64,000 nucleotides of DNA from an uncultured bacterium. Lineage in GTDB: Bacteria; Margulisbacteria; WOR-1; XYC2-FULL-46-14. The DNA lies in the NCBI GenBank assembly GCA_964421245.1, contig CAYQVW010000001.1:42888-106887 (forward strand), given 5' to 3'. Below the pieces are notes generated by a model, which was not told where the DNA came from, did not search any database, and saw only the letters and a program-made list of their open reading frames with translations. Shown here piece by piece: positions 1-7,832 of the stretch. Position 1 is the first letter of the stretch; every line of letters starts with the position of its first letter. The position numbers and the translations under genes were made by a program.

Positions 1-418
1 CCCAAATGTTCCAGGTTTGGACGGTCGCAAAATGAGTAAGAGTTATAATAATACGATCAATCTTTCTGATTCTGAGTCAGAACTTAAAAAGAAAGTTAAT
101 ATGATGATCACCGATCCAGCACGAATTACTAAAAAAGATAAAGGGCATCCAAGTGTCTGCACTGTTTTTGCTTTTCATAAAATGTTTAACAAAGATTCCA
201 TCGAGCTTATTTCAAAAGAGTGTCAGAGTGCAAAGCGCGGTTGTGTTGAGTGTAAGAAGGAATTATTGAAACACCTAGAAGCATATTTGGCTCCGATTCA
301 AGAGAAGAGATCAAAGATTGCCGATGTTGATGATGTTTTAGCTGCTGGAGCTAAGAAAGCTAAAAAGATAGCTGCTGCAACGCTTTCTGAGGCTAAGGCA
401 GCAATGGGGCTGCGTTAG
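1..418 (+). CDS. trpS: tryptophanyl-tRNA synthetase, C-terminal fragment (gene starts left of window)
   Basis: KMSKS class-I aaRS motif (GRKMSKSYNN) followed by a TrpRS-like anticodon-binding tail; reading frame is open to position 1. Confidence 0.8.
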   Translation, partial: PNVPGLDGRKMSKSYNNTINLSDSESELKKKVNMMITDPARITKKDKGHPSVCTVFAFHKMFNKDSIELISKECQSAKRGCVECKKELLKHLEAYLAPIQEKRSKIADVDDVLAAGAKKAKKIAAATLSEAKAAMGLR

Positions 419-419
419 G

Positions 420-1157
420 ATGTCGGATACCTACACAATAAAAACAACAACTTATGAGGGACCTTTTGATCTTTTAATGTCTGCTATCAAAGAGGGCCGG
501 ATTGATATTTATGATGTATCTCTTTCAAAAATAACTAACGAATATATAAACTACTTAAAAGATATCTCGGTTTTAAATCTTAATAATGCTTCACAATTTT
601 TATTAATGGTAGCTTGTCTGATTGAGATGAAGTCTAAAAAACTTTTACCTCAGTCCCCAATACTAGAAGACATGGAAAAAGAAGAAGAGATTGAAATGGA
701 TTTGGCCAAGCATCTACAAGAATACAATCTTTACAAACAGATGGGTAAAAATCTTGGAGAAAGAAAGAAAGAGTTTGCCAAGGTTTATTCTCGTTATCAC
801 TTCAACGAGAAACCAGAGCATGAGCCGACTATTAAGTTAAAAAATGTAAGCTTATCTGACTTAGTTTCGGTTTTTCAAAAAGTTTGGGCGCAAGCTCAAA
901 AAGACGACGAGGTAAGAACGATTACCGAGGAGCCGATTACCCTTCCTGCTAGAATTGAAGAAGTGAAAGATATATTATCCGCTGCAAACGGACCAGTTCA
1001 TTTTGAGAAATTATTTATACGTAGAACTCAATTAGAAATTGTGGTAACATTTTTAGCGATACTAGAATTAGCTCGTCAGAAGACGATAGATCTTTTACAA
1101 GGAGAAGAATTCGGTGAAATCTACATTAGTCTTTCAGAAAACGCAGAAAATAATTGA
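420..1157 (+). CDS. scpA: segregation and condensation protein A
   Basis: N-terminal EGPFDLLMSAI...IDIYDVSL signature of ScpA kleisin; sits immediately upstream of scpB. Confidence 0.85.
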   Translation: MSDTYTIKTTTYEGPFDLLMSAIKEGRIDIYDVSLSKITNEYINYLKDISVLNLNNASQFLLMVACLIEMKSKKLLPQSPILEDMEKEEEIEMDLAKHLQEYNLYKQMGKNLGERKKEFAKVYSRYHFNEKPEHEPTIKLKNVSLSDLVSVFQKVWAQAQKDDEVRTITEEPITLPARIEEVKDILSAANGPVHFEKLFIRRTQLEIVVTFLAILELARQKTIDLLQGEEFGEIYISLSENAENN

Positions 1158-1764
1158 GGCATTGCTCTTTGTAACCCGAGAGCCATTGTCTGCCTCAAAG
1201 TTAAAGTCTATCTTGCAGCTGCCCGAAGATTCTATCGAGCAGGTGTTAGAGCATTTAGTTACCGAATATCAGGATCGAGGAATAAAGGTCTTAAAGGTTG
1301 CTCACGGCTATATTTTGGGAACTAATCCAGAGTGTTCAGAGTATGTTGAGCATTTTAAGAATTTTCCGATTGAGAGTCGCTTATCTCCACAAGCACTAGA
1401 AACTTTAGCAATAATTGCTTATAAACAACCAGTTACTCGGCCAGAGATCGAGAGAATCCGTGGAGTCATATCTGATGGGGTTATTGATACACTTGTTGGC
1501 AAGAAATTAATTGAAGAAAAAGGACGCAGTGATGGTCCTGGTCGACCATTTATATATGCTACAACTAACGAGTTTCTCAAGCATTTCGGGATTAAAGATG
1601 TGAAGGACTTGCCTCCTCTTCCAAATATAGAGGAGAAAGAGACTGCCTCAAATTATGACGGGATTTTAATAGAAAAAGAGACAGAGATTGAGGTTGATAT
1701 CCCCTTTATGCCGCTAGATAAGGATACTGATCGGGACCTTCCCGAAGAAACATTAAAAGTTTAA
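1114..1764 (+). CDS. scpB: segregation and condensation protein B (GTG start in ORF track; exact start uncertain)
   Basis: IEALLFVTREPLSASKL winged-helix ScpB signature; overlaps scpA 3' end. Confidence 0.85.
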   Translation: MKSTLVFQKTQKIIEALLFVTREPLSASKLKSILQLPEDSIEQVLEHLVTEYQDRGIKVLKVAHGYILGTNPECSEYVEHFKNFPIESRLSPQALETLAIIAYKQPVTRPEIERIRGVISDGVIDTLVGKKLIEEKGRSDGPGRPFIYATTNEFLKHFGIKDVKDLPPLPNIEEKETASNYDGILIEKETEIEVDIPFMPLDKDTDRDLPEETLKV

Positions 1765-2496
1765 ATGGAAAAAAACAAAGCTTATCTATTTGAAATTTTC
1801 TCCTCTATTCAAGGAGAAGGATTATATATTGGTGATCGACAGCTTTTTATTCGTTTTGCTGGTTGTAATCTTGCCTGCCAGTATTGCGATACCAAGGATG
1901 CTCTAACAATTCCAGATCAGTTTCGCTCCGAAGAGACTCCAGGTGCCGAGGATTTCAAAAAAATCAAGAATCCTGCAAGCTCTGATCAACTACTTGAAAT
2001 AATAGGGCGTTTAACAAAAAATAAAAACCTTCACTCGGCAATTGTTTTGACAGGAGGGGAGCCCCTTTTGCAGATTGATTTCTTATTGGGTTTTTTGCCA
2101 GAACTCAAGAAGTCCGATCTGCCGCCAGTTTATCTTGAAACAAATGGAACATTACCAAAACATATGGATGAAATAATTAATTATGTTGATATTGTTTCAA
2201 TGGATATCAAGCTTCCCTATTTAAATGAAAACTTCGAATTTATGGAGACGGTTTTTTCTTCTGGAACCGAATTGTTTGTTAAGATTTTGGTTGATTCCAA
2301 AGTTACAACAAAAGAGATTAGTGAGGTATCCGATCTGGTTTCAAAAATAAGCCCTGATTTGCCACTGGTAATACAGCCGATTGATTCTAATAAGATAAAG
2401 CATGACCAATTGCTCTCTTTTCAGGCAGTTTTAAAGCGAAAGTTAAAACAGGTTAAGGTTTTACCCCAGATTCATAAAGTTTTAAAGATGCTTTAG
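1765..2496 (+). CDS. queE: 7-carboxy-7-deazaguanine synthase (radical SAM)
   Basis: EIFSSIQGEG...FIRFAGCNLACQYCDT motif is characteristic of QueE (CX14CX2C-type cluster site). Confidence 0.75.
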   Translation: MEKNKAYLFEIFSSIQGEGLYIGDRQLFIRFAGCNLACQYCDTKDALTIPDQFRSEETPGAEDFKKIKNPASSDQLLEIIGRLTKNKNLHSAIVLTGGEPLLQIDFLLGFLPELKKSDLPPVYLETNGTLPKHMDEIINYVDIVSMDIKLPYLNENFEFMETVFSSGTELFVKILVDSKVTTKEISEVSDLVSKISPDLPLVIQPIDSNKIKHDQLLSFQAVLKRKLKQVKVLPQIHKVLKML

Positions 2497-3477
2497 TTTG
2501 GCTACAGTATCTTCAAGCCACTTAATTTCTTTGTCTCTATTCTTGTTGTGCTCTAATTTTTGCATAGAGCGGAGCAGTTCGAGTTTGTAGTTGGCAGTGT
2601 CTAGCGCCAGTTTTTCCAATTTAGTACTAATCCAATCAAAGGTCTGACCTGATATTGCAAGTCCGATTTTTCTGATTTTTTTTGTATGATTTGATATTAT
2701 TTTCGAATAGTAATCAAAATCTTTTTTTGAACCACAAAATACCCGTTTAAGATGAGAGGCCTTTAGTTGAGTTATTTCCTTTAGCCAGGCTATTTGTCTA
2801 GCTTGAACTATAAGCTCATCTATTTGTTGATAAGTTACTTTAAGTTTAAGCAGATTTTTTAACACATAGTTTTTTCTAAGTTTAATTATGATTATATGTA
2901 CAAAATCGTCTTCTAGGAGTTCACCAATTTCTAAAATTTTAAATTCTTCTTTAAGTAGGAGGATTGTTTTCTCCAGTTCACTTAAGTTGGAAGCTAAGAT
3001 TATTTGTCCGGACGAGTTCACTGAGAACTTTTCTAGATTCCATGAGCTGATATCTATTTTTAACTCTCCCGCCATCTTAATTAATTCATCTATTTCTGGT
3101 TGCAGTGCAAAGTAGAGTATTTTTTGCAGGGTTTTTCTTTGAAGATTACCGAGCCAGTTTAAAAAAGGATTTTTGTTTTTCTTGCGATTGATCCACCCAA
3201 ACGCCTTTTTTTTGTATTTCTTCTTTTTGTGTTTTTGCGATTGATTTCTTGTAAGATATTCTTCTTGTCTTTTGTTTATTTCGTCAATTGAAACAGGTGC
3301 AGTTAGTTTTTGTATCTGTTTTTCTAGTTGTTCTAGGTTAACTTTGGGGTCATTGGTTACAACCTTGGACTTGCTTGTTTTAAGCTCTTTGTTAAGCCCC
3401 GAGACAATCATGGCGGAACTTGCAGCCATTGACTCTGATTGTCCTCCTTTGTTTGGATTGATTTTTGGGTTAGTCAT
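2482..3477 (-). CDS. hypothetical lysine-rich protein, last gene of the lexA-side operon
   Basis: 331-aa ORF; start overlaps the kinase stop by 4 nt (ATGA coupling); internal basic patch KHKKKKYKKKAFGWINRKKNK; no domain recognised. Confidence 0.5.
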   Translation of the reverse strand: MTNPKINPNKGGQSESMAASSAMIVSGLNKELKTSKSKVVTNDPKVNLEQLEKQIQKLTAPVSIDEINKRQEEYLTRNQSQKHKKKKYKKKAFGWINRKKNKNPFLNWLGNLQRKTLQKILYFALQPEIDELIKMAGELKIDISSWNLEKFSVNSSGQIILASNLSELEKTILLLKEEFKILEIGELLEDDFVHIIIIKLRKNYVLKNLLKLKVTYQQIDELIVQARQIAWLKEITQLKASHLKRVFCGSKKDFDYYSKIISNHTKKIRKIGLAISGQTFDWISTKLEKLALDTANYKLELLRSMQKLEHNKNRDKEIKWLEDTVAKLKHL

Positions 3478-5531
3478 TTTTTATTTGGGAGGGTGAAGGT
3501 AAAAGTAGACCCCTTGTTGGGTCTGCTCTTAACAGTTAATGTGCCGCCATGTAATTCTGCGAATTTTCTGCTTATTGGTAGTCCCAAGCCTGCCCCGCGA
3601 TGAGTTTTCTTTAGAAATGATTCTGCGTCTTCATATTCAAAAAATATTTTTTCAAGTCGATCCCTTGCAATTCCAGATCCTGTATCGGAAACGCTAAAAA
3701 CTAGCTCTTGATTTTTAGGAGCAATATTTAAAATGATTTCTCCTTTTTCTGTTGCGTTTATTGCATTTGACAAAAGGTTGGAGAGGATTCCACTAACTCT
3801 TTTTGTATCGCCATATGCTGGGGTTTTTGTGGTTTCAATGTTTGTTTCTAATTTTAGGCCTTTCTTTTGTATTTCAAGGTTAAATTCTTGAATAGTTGAT
3901 TTGGCAATATCTTTTGCAGAGAACTCTTCTTTTCTTAATTCCATTTTTTTAGCTTCAATTTTTGAATAATCAAGAATGTTATTTATCATTCTGAGTAAGA
4001 TTTGGCCGTTTATGTGTAATTCAGAAAGTGTTCCTTTGACTTTTTCCGGAGCCTCGCCATAAATACCTCCAAGGATCAGATCAGAAAACCCTAGGATTCC
4101 ATTTAATGGGGTCCTAAGTTCGTGTGACATGCTTGATAAGAATTCGGCTTTGTGTTGGGTAGAGTTTTGTATTTTTTCATTGGTTTCTTGTAATGCAATA
4201 TTCTTTTCTTGTAATTCTCCGGTTCTCTCGGTTACTTTTTGCTCAAGGGTAGCATTTAATTCTTCTAATTTTCTTTTGGCGCGACCGAAGTGATCATATA
4301 GTTTTGCATTTTCTAAGGCTACACCGGTTTGATTAGCTACTATTTCAAGTAACTCAATATCCATTAAGTTTAGCGATTCACCGGCTTGTGATTTTCCAAG
4401 GCTTATAAGCCCAAGCATCTTTTTTCTAAAATAAAAAGGTATAATAAACACTGCCTCAATTTGAGCCATTTGGGCCATGACTTTTATTTTTGATTTACTT
4501 AGTTTTGGATTGTGCATGATTTCGTCATTTGAAAATAGTTTCTTTTTTTCTTCAGTCAATTTAATGAGTTCGGAATCTTTTTTAAGTTTTAATGTTCCAT
4601 CATAGTTTTGAAAGAGGTTTTCTTTTTCTTGATATATAAAAACATTGGCATTCTCAACAAAAAGGCGAGTTCTTAGTATGTTTATTACGGTGTTTATTAC
4701 CAGCTCAATATCCATGATTACAGAAAGTTTATCTCTTACTTGAGAGAAAACAACTTGTATGTTGCCTCTTTTTCTATAAAAGATTTTATCAAGAGTGGCC
4801 TGGATTGGGCGTTTAATATTTTTAAAGTAAAACAAGAAGAATAAAATAACTCCAAGCAAAAATATTTGATTTTGCGAAAATATTAATCCTTCAAGATAGA
4901 GGTCTGATAGATATAGGAATAGTCCGTAGATCGAGGCTATTATTATCATGGTTAGAATGTATAAGAGAGAACGTTTGATGATTTCATCTGCTTCAAAAAG
5001 GTTGTAATGTAGAACGCCATAACTTATTGCCAGAGGTAGGAACGCTGCTGCAATAATGAGTAGGGGATAGTAAGGGATGAGATTGCTTGCATATGCAATT
5101 GCTGCAAGGGCAAGAAAGAACAGGGTTAAGATAAAGGCCGCGATTAATAGTTTTGCTCTTTGTCTAGGTAGTGCCTGTTGGCTCTTGTATCTGGTTTTTA
5201 TCGTTTCAAATACAAAATGAACAATTCCAAGCAGAGCAAATAAATAAGATAGTGGTTGTACGATTTTTAGATTAAGTAAAAACAATACAAACAAAACTAT
5301 TGAAATGCCATAAGGGATCAAGTATCTTTTTCGGCTGGTTTTTTCTTCAAAAAGAGAGAGGCTTAAGTGTATAAAGTATGCTCCAACCAGAAAAATGGTA
5401 ATTGGATAATTAAAGAAAACGGCCAATCCAATGTGTGAGATTAGGATTCCCCAGGTGGCAGGGCGATTTGGCCTTAGGGCAAAAACCAATATTCCAGAAA
5501 CTAAATAGACCAAGCTTAATATTATATTCAT
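3474..5531 (-). CDS. sensor histidine kinase, multi-TM N-terminal sensor + GAF-like + HisKA + HATPase_c
   Basis: About 8 hydrophobic helices at the N-terminus; H-box LSSMSHELRTPLNGILGF; C-terminal G-box GSGIARDRLEKIF...GAGLGLPI. Confidence 0.85.
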   Translation of the reverse strand: MNIILSLVYLVSGILVFALRPNRPATWGILISHIGLAVFFNYPITIFLVGAYFIHLSLSLFEEKTSRKRYLIPYGISIVLFVLFLLNLKIVQPLSYLFALLGIVHFVFETIKTRYKSQQALPRQRAKLLIAAFILTLFFLALAAIAYASNLIPYYPLLIIAAAFLPLAISYGVLHYNLFEADEIIKRSLLYILTMIIIASIYGLFLYLSDLYLEGLIFSQNQIFLLGVILFFLFYFKNIKRPIQATLDKIFYRKRGNIQVVFSQVRDKLSVIMDIELVINTVINILRTRLFVENANVFIYQEKENLFQNYDGTLKLKKDSELIKLTEEKKKLFSNDEIMHNPKLSKSKIKVMAQMAQIEAVFIIPFYFRKKMLGLISLGKSQAGESLNLMDIELLEIVANQTGVALENAKLYDHFGRAKRKLEELNATLEQKVTERTGELQEKNIALQETNEKIQNSTQHKAEFLSSMSHELRTPLNGILGFSDLILGGIYGEAPEKVKGTLSELHINGQILLRMINNILDYSKIEAKKMELRKEEFSAKDIAKSTIQEFNLEIQKKGLKLETNIETTKTPAYGDTKRVSGILSNLLSNAINATEKGEIILNIAPKNQELVFSVSDTGSGIARDRLEKIFFEYEDAESFLKKTHRGAGLGLPISRKFAELHGGTLTVKSRPNKGSTFTFTLPNKK

Positions 5532-5534
5532 GGT

Positions 5535-5966
5535 TTATTTGTGTTTAACACTAAAAGCTGCTATTTTCCAGGCCTTTGCATCTTTTATGAGTTGAATTTT
5601 TATTTGTGCAAATTTATTTTTAAATCTGGCTTTGGCAGAATAGGTTGCGGCGATGATTTTTTTCTCTTTTTTTATATAAATTCCTACCTCGCCGTTTGAT
5701 CCCAAATATTTTTCAAGGGGGCCGAGTTTTCGATTGAAAGCTGCAAAAGATGCTCTAATTTTTTTATGTGATACAGTTTTTAATAATTCTGGACTGGCAT
5801 TTTTGATTAACAAGTTGGGATCCCAAGAGGTTGTGATTTGGGGAACGATTTTATCAACAAAGGCTTTGCTTTCCCGATTCAAACCAGTATTAAGATAATT
5901 AAGCGCTAATGACACAATTACACCGAGAACAACAACGATTGCAAAAATCAATAAAATTTTCTTCAT
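5535..5966 (-). CDS. hypothetical small membrane-anchored protein
   Basis: 143 aa with N-terminal signal/anchor MKKILLIFAIVVVLGVIVSLA; 3-nt gap to the kinase gene. Confidence 0.45.
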   Translation of the reverse strand: MKKILLIFAIVVVLGVIVSLALNYLNTGLNRESKAFVDKIVPQITTSWDPNLLIKNASPELLKTVSHKKIRASFAAFNRKLGPLEKYLGSNGEVGIYIKKEKKIIAATYSAKARFKNKFAQIKIQLIKDAKAWKIAAFSVKHK

Positions 5967-5996
5967 TTCTTGTTGATTATACGCAATAATTATTGC

Positions 5997-7139
5997 TTAT
6001 TCAAGTGATAAGGGTAATTGTTCGGATATTAAGATGTTTTTGATGCTTCCTTGTTTTTTGCCATTGATAAGAATAAAAGGAGCAGCTCTTTTAATTGATA
6101 CCCCAATATTTTTGAGTTCTAGTAAGCTGGTAAAACGTGCCTCTTTTCTGATCTCAATAATCTTTTGGGCAGTAATTTTTCCAATTCCAGGAATATGCAA
6201 TAGCTTGGTAAAGGAGGCTTTGTTGATCTCTGTTGGGAATTTGTCTAAATTGTGCAAAGCATAATTTAACTTTGGATCCATATTGTTAGGGATTTTTCCT
6301 TCCTTATTAAAATAAATTTCCCCAAGAGAAAATTTATAAAGCCTGAATAGAAATTCAACCTGATAAAGACGGTTTTTTCTTATAAAAGAATTCATTAAGT
6401 TGTGCTTCGTTGAGGGCTTATCTATTGGGCTAAAAGCACTAAAATAAGTTCTGTGTAATCCTTTATTTTCTCTTAGCCAATGCATCGTTTTGGTTATTTC
6501 TTGGTCTGTTTCATTGCTTGCCCCAACAATAAATTGAGTGGTTTGATCAACCCATCCAGTTCTTTTTTTTATTTCGTTTTTAATGATTTCCATGCTATCC
6601 AATATGTCATGGTTAAAGTCTTTTCCAGTTGTGATTTTTTCTAGGTGTTTAGGGGAGGGGGATTCTATGTTTACCGAAACCCGGGTAGCGACTCGAAGTG
6701 CCTTTTTTATGGTTGAAGCATGTACTCCTGGCAGAATTTTTAAGTGAATATATCCTCTAAAGTGATGTTTATAGCGCAGAATAGCGGCAGTATCGATCAT
6801 TTTTTGCATGGTTTGTTCGGGGCTCTTTTCTATGCCCGAACTTAAGAATAATCCGTTGATAGAGTGACGACGATAGATTTTATAAAAGGTGTCAGCCAGT
6901 TCGTTTGGGGTAAAGCTTATTCTAGGTGTATCTCTTGCTATGCGGTTAGCACAATAACGACAATTGTTTATACAACTGTTGGTAAAGAGTGTTTTTAATA
7001 TGGGGATAACTTTGCCGTTTTTGCCAGAGGCATAATAAACTCCGGGGATGTTACCAACTTGGTGTTGGGTTCCGCCACAGCAAGAGACATCATATTTTGA
7101 TGAATCGGCTAAAATTTGTAGTTTTTTTTCAGAATCCAT
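5997..7139 (-). CDS. putative DNA modification/repair radical SAM protein (TIGR03916-like) with C-terminal helix-hairpin-helix
   Basis: N-terminal KLQILADSSKYDVSC box, cysteine-rich CINNCRYCANR cluster site, C-terminal HhH LLHIPGIGKITAQKIIEIRK; 1-nt gap after lexA. Confidence 0.75.
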   Translation of the reverse strand: MDSEKKLQILADSSKYDVSCCGGTQHQVGNIPGVYYASGKNGKVIPILKTLFTNSCINNCRYCANRIARDTPRISFTPNELADTFYKIYRRHSINGLFLSSGIEKSPEQTMQKMIDTAAILRYKHHFRGYIHLKILPGVHASTIKKALRVATRVSVNIESPSPKHLEKITTGKDFNHDILDSMEIIKNEIKKRTGWVDQTTQFIVGASNETDQEITKTMHWLRENKGLHRTYFSAFSPIDKPSTKHNLMNSFIRKNRLYQVEFLFRLYKFSLGEIYFNKEGKIPNNMDPKLNYALHNLDKFPTEINKASFTKLLHIPGIGKITAQKIIEIRKEARFTSLLELKNIGVSIKRAAPFILINGKKQGSIKNILISEQLPLSLE

Positions 7140-7140
7140 T

Positions 7141-7731
7141 TTAAAATTTTCTAAATAGTCCTTTTACTTTGCCTTGGATGGCAATATCTTTGACATAGAT
7201 TGGTTTCATTCTGGAATTGGCTGGTTCAAGGCGGATGTGGTTCTTTTCTTTGTAAAATCTTTTTAAGGTGGCGGCTTCTTTATTGATGAGGGCAACAACT
7301 ACTTCTCCATCATCTGCTGTTTCGCATTTTTCAACCACGATGAAGTCCCCATTTACAATATGATCTTCAATCATGCTATTTCCCTTTACCTGTAAGATAA
7401 AGCAGGGCTTTCTACCAACTAGAGCGGTTGGAACATCCATCTCTTCTTGTTGAGGAATTACTTCAATCGGGGCTCCCGCTGCAATAAAGCCTAGAAAGGG
7501 AAGGGTAGTGGTTGAAAGATACGATCCGGATACTATTTTTATCCCCCTCGATTTATTTTGTCTCTCAATATGACCCTGTTCTTCTAATGCCTCTAAATAT
7601 TTTTGTCCTGCTCGGGGGGAAGAAAAGTTAAAGGCCTTGCAAATCTCTCTAACCGATGGCGGAAATCCATTTTCACGGATATGGTCTTTTAGGTACTGTA
7701 AAATTTGTTCCTGCTTTTTATTTAAATTCAT
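7141..7731 (-). CDS. lexA: LexA repressor (S24 peptidase)
   Basis: N-terminal wHTH (QILQYLKDHIRENGFPPSVREI) and C-terminal autocleavage domain (VKGNSMIEDHIVNGDFIVVEK, Ser-Lys dyad context). Confidence 0.9.
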   Translation of the reverse strand: MNLNKKQEQILQYLKDHIRENGFPPSVREICKAFNFSSPRAGQKYLEALEEQGHIERQNKSRGIKIVSGSYLSTTTLPFLGFIAAGAPIEVIPQQEEMDVPTALVGRKPCFILQVKGNSMIEDHIVNGDFIVVEKCETADDGEVVVALINKEAATLKRFYKEKNHIRLEPANSRMKPIYVKDIAIQGKVKGLFRKF

Positions 7732-7765
7732 GATTATTTCTCCTTTTTCTGGTTTTCTGTCTTGG

Positions 7766-7781
7766 TATACAATTGTATACT
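7766..7781. promoter_or_regulatory. perfect 16-bp palindrome GTATACAATTGTATAC in the lexA / 7833-gene divergent promoter region; candidate LexA operator
   Basis: Read directly: ggTATACAATTGTATAc is its own reverse complement; lies 35-50 nt upstream of the lexA start codon on the minus strand. Confidence 0.45.
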
Positions 7782-7832
7782 AATATATTGCATTGTCAAG
7801 TGCTAATATTTTTGTTATCATTCTAACAAAAT

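Noticed and set aside
2888-3496. Plus-strand 74-75 aa ORFs antisense to the 331-aa and kinase genes
   Set aside because: Embedded entirely inside well-supported minus-strand genes; no RBS or conservation signal.
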